This document shows, one piece after another, positions 19,706 through 28,914 of a stretch of 64,000 nucleotides of DNA. The position numbers and the translations under genes were made by a program. The notes under the pieces are model-generated. The model made no database searches, was not told the origin of the DNA, and saw nothing but the letters and a program-made list of their open reading frames with translations. This stretch comes from Gammaproteobacteria bacterium. Lineage in GTDB: Bacteria > Pseudomonadota > Gammaproteobacteria > Eutrophobiales > Eutrophobiaceae. The stretch spans positions 2,381,826-2,445,825 of the forward strand of contig OZ242169.1 in the NCBI GenBank assembly GCA_965205405.1. Direction: 5' to 3'. Numbering within the stretch: the first letter of the stretch is position 1; each line of letters begins with the position of its first letter.

Positions 19706-21196
19706 ATGGAGTTGCATAACCCGGTATTTTTCATCACTGCATTTCTCACCATCAGTTTTGTTGTAGGGACGTTGTTGTTCCCTCAGGATGCCAAAATCAT
19801 ACTTGAGCAGGCAAAGAACTGGTCCATTGAAAATTTCCATTGGCTGGTGATTATTTCGGGCAATTTCTTTGTCTTCTTCTGCATGATGCTGATTGTGCTG
19901 CCTTGCGGCAGAATACGGTTGGGAGGGGAAGCGGCCAAGCCCGAGTTTTCCCGGTTGTCCTGGTTTTCCATGCTGTTTGCCGCCGGTATGGGTATCGGCC
20001 TGATGTTCTGGTGCGTAGCCGAGCCGGTTGCCTACTACACGAACTGGGCGGGGACGCCGTTAAATGTACAGTCCCATTCGCCTGAAGCTGCTGCCGTCGC
20101 GATGGGAGCGTCGCTGTATCATTGGGGATTGCATCCCTGGGCTATCTTTGCCGTGGTGGCATTGTCCCTGGCCTTCTTTTCTTTCAATAAAGGGTTGCCG
20201 TTGGCGACCCGCTCCATCTTTTACCCGTTGCTCGGCGAACAATGCTGGCGCTGGCCGGGCCACATCATTGACGTGGTGGCTGTCTGCGCTACCATTTTCG
20301 GTCTGGCCACTTCCCTTGGACTGGGAGCAAAACAGGCTACCGGGGGACTGCACTCCGTGTTCGGCGTTGACAACGGCTTGACGACACAGTTGTTGCTTAT
20401 CGCCGTGATCACGACAATAGCAATTATCTCGGTCATGCGCGGCCTTGATCGTGGTGTCAAGGTATTGAGCAACTTCAATATACTGGTTGCCTTGCTGCTC
20501 CTGGTGTTCGTTATCAGCGCCGGCCCCACCTTGTCGGCCCTTTCCGGTATCGGTGAGAATCTTTCACATTATCTGACGTACTTCCTCCCCTTGAGCGACT
20601 GGGTCGGCCGGGAGGACGAGGCATGGTACAAGAGCTGGACCGTGTTCTACTGGGCCTGGTGGATATCCTGGTCACCTTTTGTCGGCCTGTTTATCGCGCG
20701 AATATCCAGGGGCCGCACAGTCAGGGAATTTTTGACGGCCGTATTGTTATTGCCGACCCTGGTCAGCGCCATCTGGATGTCGGTTTTTGGCGGTGTTGCA
20801 CTGGACCAGATACAGCTTGGCATAGGTGAGTTGACCAACGGCATTGATGATCCCTCCCTGGCGCTCTTCCACATGCTGGGGAACCTGCCGTTTACAACCA
20901 TGGCATCACTGGTTGCAGTGGTACTGGTACTGACTTTTTTTATTACCTCAGCCGATTCAGGCTCCCTGGTCGTGGACATTATCACCGCCGGGGGACGGCT
21001 TGATACTCCCCGTTACCAGCGCGCTTTCTGGGCCATACTGCTGGGCCTGATTGCCGCGGCCTTGCTCATCGGCGGTGGCAGCGATGCCCTGGGCGCGTTA
21101 CAGGCAGGCACCATCACCATGGCCGTGCCGTTTACCGTGGTGCTGCTCCTTTCCTGCCTGTGCCTGGTACTGGGCCTGTTGTCCGAGTCTTATTGA
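19706..21196 (+). CDS. BCCT family betaine/carnitine/choline transporter
   Basis: BCCT signature WTVFYWAWWISWSPFVGLFIARISRGRTVREF. Start set at the internal ATG MELHNPVFF. Confidence 0.85.
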   Translation: MELHNPVFFITAFLTISFVVGTLLFPQDAKIILEQAKNWSIENFHWLVIISGNFFVFFCMMLIVLPCGRIRLGGEAAKPEFSRLSWFSMLFAAGMGIGLMFWCVAEPVAYYTNWAGTPLNVQSHSPEAAAVAMGASLYHWGLHPWAIFAVVALSLAFFSFNKGLPLATRSIFYPLLGEQCWRWPGHIIDVVAVCATIFGLATSLGLGAKQATGGLHSVFGVDNGLTTQLLLIAVITTIAIISVMRGLDRGVKVLSNFNILVALLLLVFVISAGPTLSALSGIGENLSHYLTYFLPLSDWVGREDEAWYKSWTVFYWAWWISWSPFVGLFIARISRGRTVREFLTAVLLLPTLVSAIWMSVFGGVALDQIQLGIGELTNGIDDPSLALFHMLGNLPFTTMASLVAVVLVLTFFITSADSGSLVVDIITAGGRLDTPRYQRAFWAILLGLIAAALLIGGGSDALGALQAGTITMAVPFTVVLLLSCLCLVLGLLSESY

Positions 21197-22098
21197 ATCA
21201 ATGGGGTCAGCTCGATAATCTTCCATACCCCCTTTTCGCGAAAAGCAGGAATGGTCTGGCGACGCGCTGCGTTGGTGACGGCGGGCGCTGAAAGTCCATT
21301 CTGCTTGATGTAATCCGATAGTTTGATGATTGTCTTCCCCTGCAAATAGCTCAGCCTCTTGTGCAGCGACTCTGTGAGAGCCAGCGATAGAATGCCTTCC
21401 ATCGTCCTGGTCGTTTTGCCGTTCTCATAGTCCCTGAAAGCCCGATAGTACCTCTCCTTCTCCGAGTTGCGGATGATAAGGCGCGGCAGACCGAGTTGCA
21501 GGAGTTGAAAATTGATGATAACCCGCCCCAAGCGACCATTACCGTCGTAAAAGGGATGGATGGTCTCGAAATCCAGGTGAAATCGGGCAATCTTGTCCAA
21601 GAAGTAGGAGCCGAGGTCGCTGGAATACTCGATGAGGATATTATCCATCATACGCTCCACGCGCTCGGGCGCCGGTGCGATATGGGTGCCTACCCGCACG
21701 TACTCCCCCTGTCGGCGAAAACGGCCTGCGATGGCATCATCAATGCCGCCGATAAGCATCTGATGCAAACGTAGTAACAGGTCATTGTTCAATTCACTAT
21801 CTTTAACTCTGGTGCGCTTGTATTCCATAACTCGGGCCAGGTTTTTCGCCTCGAAGACTTCCCGCACAGATACATTTCGGGACAGCATCTGTTCCAGCAG
21901 GATTCTCTCTGTCTCCTCCAGGGTGAGTGTTGAATTCTCGATAGCATTCGAATTGTACACGCTCTCGCCTATCTCCACTTCGTCGATCATCGACAGCAGT
22001 GATACCTTGCCCTGGCGCAAGGTATCGTACTCGCGTTTCAGAACTTGGATGCGGTCTCTTATTGGTTGAGTGGTTGCCATGTCGTTATTGTAGCGCAT
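21190..22098 (-). CDS. Fic/Doc family protein
   Basis: Canonical Fic motif HPFYDGNGRLGR. Length 302 aa. Confidence 0.9.
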   Translation of the reverse strand: MRYNNDMATTQPIRDRIQVLKREYDTLRQGKVSLLSMIDEVEIGESVYNSNAIENSTLTLEETERILLEQMLSRNVSVREVFEAKNLARVMEYKRTRVKDSELNNDLLLRLHQMLIGGIDDAIAGRFRRQGEYVRVGTHIAPAPERVERMMDNILIEYSSDLGSYFLDKIARFHLDFETIHPFYDGNGRLGRVIINFQLLQLGLPRLIIRNSEKERYYRAFRDYENGKTTRTMEGILSLALTESLHKRLSYLQGKTIIKLSDYIKQNGLSAPAVTNAARRQTIPAFREKGVWKIIELTPLIQ

Positions 22099-22340
22099 TC
22101 ACTATACATTGCTAAATATTAGTGAATATATTGAAAATAATAGGACATATTCACTAATTATAATAGATAAATAGTGAATATATCGGTTATCTTCTGATGA
22201 ATGCAGTAAACTGAGACCGCAGGGGCAAGAGCAAATGGCGTTGCATGGCAAGACCTTACATCATTGTTAAATACTGCTCCACTCGCTTGCGATATTCGCT
22301 TTCCTTATCTCCTCTGAAATAAATTTCGATAAATTCAATA
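22098..22340. promoter_or_regulatory. AT-rich divergent promoter region with four copies of a TAGTGAATAT-like motif in alternating orientation
   Basis: Copies at about 22098-22108 (reverse complement), 22128-22142, 22156-22168 (reverse complement) and 22181-22196. Confidence 0.3.
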
Positions 22341-22419
22341 TGTGAATATCTTGAGGTCAAGGAGATTGACTTGTTCCCCATTTGTGGTACATTATCTGTT
22401 AATGAAAAAGGAGGTGTCC

Positions 22420-22677
22420 ATGGCTAAGACAGAAACAATCCGTGCCCGTGTTGAACCGCGGTTGAAGTGCCAGGCCGAAGAGGTCTTCTCGGAGATCGGG
22501 CTGTCGCCAACCGAGGCGATTACGCTGTTTTACACGCAGGTAACCCTGCACCAGGGTTTACCGTTCGCCGTGAAGGTTCCCAATGCCGAGACCATCGAAG
22601 CACTGCGTCAGGCACGCTCAAGAGAGGGGCTTACTGAATACGCCGACCTGGAGAATCTCAAAGCCAGACACGGCTAA
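22420..22677 (+). CDS. dinJ: DinJ/RelB-family antitoxin
   Basis: MAKTETIRARVEPRLKCQAEEVFSEIGLSPTEAITLFYTQV...LPF. AAAGGAGGTG ribosome-binding site upstream. Confidence 0.8.
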   Translation: MAKTETIRARVEPRLKCQAEEVFSEIGLSPTEAITLFYTQVTLHQGLPFAVKVPNAETIEALRQARSREGLTEYADLENLKARHG

Positions 22678-22680
22678 TTC

Positions 22681-22980
22681 ATGCGCCTGCTCACCACGAA
22701 GCGCTTCGAGAAGGATATCAAGCGTGCCGGGAAACGCGGCAAGGATCTCGATAAGCTCTGGGGTATCGTTGAACGGCTCTTGTCACGGCAGCCACCTGAT
22801 CCGCGCAACAGACCACACCGTTTATCCGGTGATTGGTCCCCTTACTGGGAATGTCACATCGAACCGGACTGGCTATTGATCTGGGAGCAGGAAGTCGATA
22901 TAGCCCTTGGATGTTTTCTCGAAGTCATTGGCGGGTTTGCCGTCTTCGGCAAAGAAACGCCAGCCGGCTTCTTCAAGTAG
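22681..22980 (+). CDS. yafQ: YafQ/RelE-family toxin, probably inactive (C-terminus replaced)
   Basis: KRFEKDIKRAGKRGKDLDKL...HRLSGDWSPYWECHIEPDWLLIW matches YafQ. The expected RTGTHSDLF tail is replaced by IALGCFLEVIGGFAVFGKETPAGFFK, which is the antisense of the gene fragment at 22873..23016. Confidence 0.6.
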   Translation: MRLLTTKRFEKDIKRAGKRGKDLDKLWGIVERLLSRQPPDPRNRPHRLSGDWSPYWECHIEPDWLLIWEQEVDIALGCFLEVIGGFAVFGKETPAGFFK

Positions 22981-23016
22981 CTTGTTAATCTTGATGCGGG
23001 CTGTGGCTTCGTTCAT
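22873..23016 (-). pseudogene. 47-aa N-terminal fragment of a restriction-endonuclease-like (HSDR_N-type) protein
   Basis: MNEATARIKINKLLEEAGWRFFAEDGKPANDF... resembles the type I/III restriction enzyme N-terminus. Terminates after 47 aa, convergent with and overlapping the toxin 3' end. Confidence 0.35.
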
Positions 23017-23185
23017 GGGGTTGAGTCGACCTGTTGGTAGTGGATGTTATTTTACACATATTAATAGGGAATATTTTTTTGACTGGATTCTGGCATGCGC
23101 TAGAATGACGGATGAGCTTATACTCGGTTTTAATATGACTTGTGTAATGGTATCCTGTCACCAGCCTACTGACTGCACAGTGACC

Positions 23186-24778
23186 ATGACCACCACTACC
23201 TCTCCAACCCCGCAACCGTCCCTGGATAAAAAAGTTTTCCTGCCTACTTTTGTCCTGGTCATTTCCATTGGCGCGTTGCTGGTCCTGAAACCTGAGAGTG
23301 CCCAGTTGCTTCTCGGTGACGCGTTGCAGGTAGTTACCGGTTATTTCGGCTGGTTGTATCTCCTGGTGGGCTTTGGCGCAATCGCGGTGCTTGTCTGGCT
23401 GGCGTTCAGTCGTTACGGGCGGGTAAAATTAGGCGCCCCTGACGACGGCCACGAATTCTCAACACCAAGCTGGATTGCCATGATGTTTACCGTGGGGATA
23501 GGCATAGGCCTTACCAACTGGGCATTTGTCGAACCGATCTTTTATTTCCAATCGCCCCCGTTCGGAGTCGAGGCGGGTACGCCGGAGGCGGCCGAGTGGG
23601 CGCACATGTACGGCCAGTTCCACTGGTCGATAGTTCCCTGGGCAATCTACGCGCTGCCGGCGTTGCCGATTGCCTATTCCCTGTATGTCCGAAAACAGCC
23701 TTTCTGCAGGATCAGTACCGCAAGCGCCGGCGTGCTCGGCCGGCAGAGTGGCGACTGGCTCGGTATCGGGGTCGATGTGATTGTGATTATTGCCATCATC
23801 GGCGGTGCCGGCACCAGCCTGGGGCTGGGCCTTCCCCTTGTCTCCGCACTTGTCGCCGAGTGTTTTTCCCTGCCGGATACGCCTATGTTGCAATTCGGCG
23901 TCCTGGTGGTGTGGACGGCCATCTTTGCAACAAGCGTTTACCTCGGACTGGAGAAGGGTATCCGTATCCTTGCCGACGTGAACGCGGTGTTCGCTATCCT
24001 TTTCCTGATATTCGTGCTGGTTGTCGGTCCGACCGTATTCATCCTGAATATGTCTGTGAACAGTGTCGGTCTGATGCTGGACAACCTGTTCCGTATGAGT
24101 TTCTGGATGGATCCGGTTGCAAAAAGCGGCTTCCCTGAGGATTGGACGGTGTTCTACTGGGGCTGGTGGATTGCTTATGCGCCGATGGTCGGACTGTTCG
24201 TGGCGCGCATTTCCCGGGGGCGGACGATCAGGGAGGTCATCATCGGCCAGGTGATATGGGGTAGCCTCGGTTGCATGGCCTTTTTTGCAATTGCCGGCGG
24301 ATATTCTCTGGATATGGAGATGAGTGGCATTCTGGGCATATCCTCGGTGCTGAACGATTCAGGTATCCCCGCCGCTGTCGTTGCCATCGTCGGTAGCCTT
24401 CCGGGAGGGGCGCTCACGCTGTTCATATTCACTCTCCTGTGCATTATTTTTCTCGCCACGACGCTGGACTCTGCCGCTTACGTACTGTCCAGTATGAGCA
24501 CCAAGAACCTGACCGGCGAGGGGCAACCGGCTCGCTGGAATCGCTTTGCCTGGGCCTTTGCTCTTGCCATTATAGCGGTCGGGCTGATCGCGGCCGGCGG
24601 CTTGAAGACCGTACAGACGTCAACGGTGATTGCCGCATTGCCGTTAATCCCGGTTCTGGTTATCCTGCAGGTTTCCTTATTCAAATGGCTGCGTGAGGAT
24701 TTTGGTAATAAGCTCAGGCCGGCAAATTATGCACTTGAACACCGTCCGGACGGCAAAACGGAAGTACGCGAGGTTTAA
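23186..24778 (+). CDS. BCCT family transporter, second copy
   Basis: WTVFYWGWWIAYAPMVGLFVARISRGRTIREV. Start set at MTTTTSPTPQ. Confidence 0.85.
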   Translation: MTTTTSPTPQPSLDKKVFLPTFVLVISIGALLVLKPESAQLLLGDALQVVTGYFGWLYLLVGFGAIAVLVWLAFSRYGRVKLGAPDDGHEFSTPSWIAMMFTVGIGIGLTNWAFVEPIFYFQSPPFGVEAGTPEAAEWAHMYGQFHWSIVPWAIYALPALPIAYSLYVRKQPFCRISTASAGVLGRQSGDWLGIGVDVIVIIAIIGGAGTSLGLGLPLVSALVAECFSLPDTPMLQFGVLVVWTAIFATSVYLGLEKGIRILADVNAVFAILFLIFVLVVGPTVFILNMSVNSVGLMLDNLFRMSFWMDPVAKSGFPEDWTVFYWGWWIAYAPMVGLFVARISRGRTIREVIIGQVIWGSLGCMAFFAIAGGYSLDMEMSGILGISSVLNDSGIPAAVVAIVGSLPGGALTLFIFTLLCIIFLATTLDSAAYVLSSMSTKNLTGEGQPARWNRFAWAFALAIIAVGLIAAGGLKTVQTSTVIAALPLIPVLVILQVSLFKWLREDFGNKLRPANYALEHRPDGKTEVREV

Positions 24779-24849
24779 TCCGTATTTCCCGCCAGAGGGC
24801 GTGGTCAGAGTGTTTCTGTGCTATTATTAATAATTGTCCGGAGGGATTT

Positions 24850-25815
24850 GTGATAGCTGCTAAACAACCACTCCATTACGGGTTCCTACTGGTGCCGAAT
24901 TTTACTCTGATCGCGTTTTCCTCGGCGGTCGAAGTGCTTCGTATGGCAAATTTAACCTCGGAGCAGGAGTTGTATCGCTGGTCCGTTTTGACTTTTGATG
25001 ATGCTCCCGTCGCATCAAGCGCCGCCCTGCAAATCCAGCCCACACTTCCGTTTGATCAAGTAAGAAAACTTGACATGTTGTTCATCTGTGCCGGTGTACA
25101 TGTCAAGGACTCCTGGAATCCGCCGCTGGGCAAGGCATTGCGGCGGCTTGCCTGCACCAGTTTACCACTGGGGGCTTTGTGTACCGGATCATACCTCCTG
25201 GCAAAATCCGGGGTGCTTAACGATCATCGTTGTACGATACACTGGGAAAACATAGGTAGCCTGCGCGAGGAATTTCCCCAGCTGAAAGTGACTGACGAAC
25301 TTTTTGAGATTGATCGCCGGCGTTATACCTGCGCCGGCGGCACGGCGCCGTTGGACCTGATGCTGTTCCTGATACGAAGGGACTACAACCGGGAAATCGC
25401 CTCGGCAATTTCCGAGCAGTTCACGGTTGCTCGCGTCAGGGAACTGGGTGAACCCCAGTATATATCAGTTCGCAGCCAGGCCCCCGGCGCGCCGGATTAC
25501 CTGAATGAAGCCGTACTGCTCATGCGGAATAATATTCCCGAACCGTTGCTTGTAGAGGAGATTGCCAAATATCTTAATGTGTCGACACGGCAACTGGAAC
25601 GTGTGTTTCGGCAATATTTCCACTATTCACCAAGCCAGTATTACCTGAGGCTGCGACTGGTTGCAGCCCGAAATCTGCTGCGTCATACCGGCACGAATGT
25701 ACGTGGAATCGCAATAGAAACCGGCTTCAAATCCTTGCAGCACTTCAGCAAGTGCTACCAGGAGTATTTCAATATCAGGCCTAGCAAGGAGCGCGCCAAA
25801 TATTCCGAGGTATAA
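24850..25815 (+). CDS. GbdR/CdhR-type AraC family regulator (DJ-1/PfpI-like N-terminal domain plus AraC helix-turn-helix)
   Basis: GTG start. LHYGFLLVPNFTLIAFSSAVEVLRMAN, C-terminal AraC helix-turn-helix, 321 aa. Confidence 0.75.
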   Translation: MIAAKQPLHYGFLLVPNFTLIAFSSAVEVLRMANLTSEQELYRWSVLTFDDAPVASSAALQIQPTLPFDQVRKLDMLFICAGVHVKDSWNPPLGKALRRLACTSLPLGALCTGSYLLAKSGVLNDHRCTIHWENIGSLREEFPQLKVTDELFEIDRRRYTCAGGTAPLDLMLFLIRRDYNREIASAISEQFTVARVRELGEPQYISVRSQAPGAPDYLNEAVLLMRNNIPEPLLVEEIAKYLNVSTRQLERVFRQYFHYSPSQYYLRLRLVAARNLLRHTGTNVRGIAIETGFKSLQHFSKCYQEYFNIRPSKERAKYSEV

Positions 25816-26008
25816 ACGATCTGTATCTGACTTTTCCCGGCGAAGACGAAATACGGTTCATGATGGTAGTGACACTTTACGAATGACGACAGCAGGGGTC
25901 GTATTCATATTGCGTAAATGGGTAAATCAGTGTCGTTATTTTCCCGTATTTCATAGTCCTGCTGTGGTTCAATAATATGAAACATGACTGGATTCAGGGG
26001 GCAAATGA

Positions 26009-26899
26009 ATGAATTTTGAAGTGGCTATCACCTGTGCAGTGACCGGTGCCGGCGATACGGTCGGAAAACATCCCGCCATTCCGGTTACTCCGGAACAGAT
26101 TGCCGGGGCCGCTATTGATGCAGCCAAGGCCGGGGCGGCTATCGTCCACTGTCATGTGCGTGATCCCGAGACAGGTAAGGGAGCGCGTGACGTTGAACTC
26201 TATCGGGAAACGGTCGACCGCATTCGCTCTGCCGAAACCGACGTGGTGATCAACCTTACCGCGGGTATGGGTGGAGACCTCGTCATCGGCCCGGATAATG
26301 CGCCGACAAAATTCGGGGATGACACTGATCTCGTCGGCGCCCTCGAGCGCCTGCCTCACGTGGAGGAATTGTTGCCGGAGATCTGCTCCCTGGACTGCGG
26401 CTCGTTGAATTTCGGTGACGGCAGTCTTGTTTACGTATCCACCCCCGACATGCTGCGCCGTGGCGCAAAACGCATCCGGGAACTGGGTGTAAAGCCTGAA
26501 CTGGAAATTTTCGATACGGGCAACCTGAGTTTTGCGCTGCAAATGTTTAAGGAAGATTTGCTGGACCCCCCGCCATTGTTTCAACTCTGTCACGGCATCC
26601 CCTGGGGAGCGCCGGCGGACGTGGGTGTTTTCAAATCCCTGGTCGACCAGTTGCCGCCCGGCGCTAACTGGACTGCCTTTGCCCTGGGCCGCTACCAGAT
26701 GGCATTTGCTGCACAGGCCGCCATACTCGGCGGCAATGTGCGTGTTGGTCTGGAAGACAATCTTTACCTGGAGAAGGGGGTATTCGCCAGTAATGCGCAA
26801 CTGGTAGAGCGGGCGCGCAAAATAATTGAACTGATGGGAGCCCGCGTGCTGGGACCTGACGAGGTTCGCACGAAATTCGGTCTGGTCAAACGTGCCTGA
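26009..26899 (+). CDS. BKACE / DUF849 family cleavage enzyme (CdhC-like 3-dehydrocarnitine cleavage enzyme candidate)
   Basis: [12 protein letters not shown]...[25 protein letters not shown], 296 aa. Context with the regulator and dehydrogenase. Confidence 0.75.
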   Translation: MNFEVAITCAVTGAGDTVGKHPAIPVTPEQIAGAAIDAAKAGAAIVHCHVRDPETGKGARDVELYRETVDRIRSAETDVVINLTAGMGGDLVIGPDNAPTKFGDDTDLVGALERLPHVEELLPEICSLDCGSLNFGDGSLVYVSTPDMLRRGAKRIRELGVKPELEIFDTGNLSFALQMFKEDLLDPPPLFQLCHGIPWGAPADVGVFKSLVDQLPPGANWTAFALGRYQMAFAAQAAILGGNVRVGLEDNLYLEKGVFASNAQLVERARKIIELMGARVLGPDEVRTKFGLVKRA

Positions 26900-26948
26900 T
26901 GGGACTGTCCCGGCGTTCGCCGGAATGACGGACATGGTCATGCTCGCC

Positions 26949-26973
26949 GGGGACAGATTTAAAATCTGTCCCC
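26949..26973 (+). terminator. Perfect hairpin GGGGACAGATTT-AAA-AATCTGTCCCC downstream of the BKACE gene
   Basis: 11-bp stem. A near-identical hairpin recurs at 28084. Confidence 0.45.
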
Positions 26974-27041
26974 TCTAACCGGCAGAATCCGATTCCTGGC
27001 GTATGCGGAAGGTTCTGTTGAAATATCCTGGTTAAGGTCTA

Positions 27042-28052
27042 ATGATGAAGGAGATCAAAACCGTAGCCGTAATCGGGACCGGGGTTATCGGCGCCGGTTG
27101 GGCGGCGCGTGTGCTGGCGCACGGACTGGACGTGGTTGCCTGGGATCCTGCTGCGGACTGGCAGGTCGGCTTGAAGGCAGCGCTGGAGAACGCCTGGCCG
27201 GCATTAAACAAGGTCGGCCTCTACCCCGGCGCCAGTTTGGACAGGCTGCGCTGTGCCGACACGATGGAGGCAGCCTGTGCGGTTGCTGATTTCATCCAGG
27301 AAAGCGCCCCGGAGCGGCTGGAATTGAAGCGTAGTCTGCATGCCCGAATAGACGCCAACGCCCGCGCCGATGTCATCATCGCTTCCAGTACCTCGGGATT
27401 GCTGCCATCTGATTTCCAGGCTGATTGCCGCCGTCCCGACCGGGTTATCGTCGGACATCCTTTTAATCCGGTATACCTGCTACCGCTGGTGGAAGTACTG
27501 GGCGGCAGCCAGACTGCGGATGAGAATATCGACCGCGCCGTGGAGTTCTACACCGACATGGGTATGCACCCGTTGCGAGTGCGCAGCGAAATCGAGGGCT
27601 TCCTCTCGGACCGCTTGCAGGAGGCCCTGTGGCGGGAAATCCTGCACTTGGTCAACGATGACGTGGCTAACACCGAGGAACTGGACGCAGCAATCACCTA
27701 CGGCCCCGGCCTGCGCTGGGCCTTTATGGGCACTTGCCTCAGCTTCCACATGGCGGGTGGCGATGCGGGCATGCGTGATTTTATGAAACAGTTCGGTCCG
27801 GCGTTGAAATTACCCTGGACAAAACTGGCAGCACCTGAGCTTACGGATGAATTAATTGACAAGATGACTGCCGGGACCCGGCAACAGGCTGCGGGCCGGA
27901 CAGTGAAGGAACTGGAACAGTTGCGCGACGATTGCATTATCGCCATCATGCAGGCGCTATCCCGTTACCAGGTCGGCGCCGGTAATGTACTTGCCCGGGA
28001 TGAGGCACGCCGACAGGTTTTTGCCACAGAGGACACAGAGAAAAAACATTAA
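27042..28052 (+). CDS. L-carnitine dehydrogenase-like (3-hydroxyacyl-CoA dehydrogenase family) protein
   Basis: TVAVIGTGVIGAGWAARVLAHGLDVVAWDP, 336 aa. Adjacent to the DUF849 gene and GbdR-like regulator. Confidence 0.7.
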   Translation: MMKEIKTVAVIGTGVIGAGWAARVLAHGLDVVAWDPAADWQVGLKAALENAWPALNKVGLYPGASLDRLRCADTMEAACAVADFIQESAPERLELKRSLHARIDANARADVIIASSTSGLLPSDFQADCRRPDRVIVGHPFNPVYLLPLVEVLGGSQTADENIDRAVEFYTDMGMHPLRVRSEIEGFLSDRLQEALWREILHLVNDDVANTEELDAAITYGPGLRWAFMGTCLSFHMAGGDAGMRDFMKQFGPALKLPWTKLAAPELTDELIDKMTAGTRQQAAGRTVKELEQLRDDCIIAIMQALSRYQVGAGNVLARDEARRQVFATEDTEKKH

Positions 28053-28083
28053 CTCTGTGATCTCTGTGGCTTCAATACCGACT

Positions 28084-28107
28084 GGGGACAGATTTAAATC
28101 TGTCCCC
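28084..28107 (+). terminator. Intrinsic terminator hairpin GGGGACAGATTTAAATCTGTCCCC followed by a T-run
   Basis: Perfect palindrome, then TTTTCTTCTC. Lies between convergent genes. Confidence 0.6.
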
Positions 28108-28116
28108 TTTTCTTCT

Positions 28117-28911
28117 CTATCGTCCCTTCCAGATCGGTTTGCGCTTTTCTGCGAAGGCGCGGGTGCCTTCCTGCAGGTCATCGCTGTCATAAAGTACGTT
28201 AACGGTTGGGATACCCTTGTTGTTCAGTAGCTTAAGCGCGTCCTGTTCCTTGAGGTTTTCTGTCATTCGTATCGTCTCCTTGGTGGCGGCGAAGACCAGC
28301 GGTGGGCCCTCGGCGAGGAGTTGGGCGACTTCCCGGACCCGGTCCATGAGGCCTGCGGCAGGCAACACCTCGGTGACAAGGCCCCAGCGCGCGGCCTCTT
28401 CAGCCTCCATCCAGCGTCCCGTCATCAGCAGGTCCATGGCAACGTGGAAGGGTATGCGGCGGGGCAGTTTTACGCTGGCGGCATCGGCAAGTACGCCGAC
28501 GTTGATCTCGGGTAACGCGAAACGGGCGTGTTCAGACGCGTAGATGAGGTCGCAGGAGATGGCCAGTTCAAAGCCGCCTCCCACCGCCATGCCGTTGACC
28601 GCGGCGATGACCGGCTTGTTGAGCCTGGGCAGTTCCTGCAGGCCGCCGAAACCGCCGACGCCGTAGTCCGTGTCCGGCGGCTCGCCCTCAGCCGCGACTT
28701 TCAGATCCCACCCGGCCGAGAAAAATCGTTCACCCGCTGCCGTCAGGATCGCGACGCGCAGTTCCGGGTCATCGCGAAATTCGGCAAACACGTCCCCCAT
28801 GTGCTTGCTGGTGGGACCGTCAATGGCATTCGCCTTGGGCCGGTCCAGGGTGACTTCCAGAATGGCGCCGTTGCGCCTGGTGTGAACAGGATTATCAGTC
28901 GTATTTGTCAT
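28117..28911 (-). CDS. caiD: CaiD-like carnitinyl-CoA dehydratase / crotonobetainyl-CoA hydratase (crotonase family)
   Basis: NGAILEVTLDRPKANAIDGPTS...FRDDPELRVAILTAAGERFFSAGWDLKVAAEGE...PIWKGR is close to E. coli CaiD (recalled). Confidence 0.8.
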   Translation of the reverse strand: MTNTTDNPVHTRRNGAILEVTLDRPKANAIDGPTSKHMGDVFAEFRDDPELRVAILTAAGERFFSAGWDLKVAAEGEPPDTDYGVGGFGGLQELPRLNKPVIAAVNGMAVGGGFELAISCDLIYASEHARFALPEINVGVLADAASVKLPRRIPFHVAMDLLMTGRWMEAEEAARWGLVTEVLPAAGLMDRVREVAQLLAEGPPLVFAATKETIRMTENLKEQDALKLLNNKGIPTVNVLYDSDDLQEGTRAFAEKRKPIWKGR

Positions 28912-28914
28912 TAA

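Noticed and set aside
22907-23185. Long N-terminal extension of the second BCCT gene (ORF track start 22907)
   Set aside because: The extension overlaps the toxin 3' end and the restriction-gene fragment and has no membrane-protein character. The BCCT family length fits a start at 23186.
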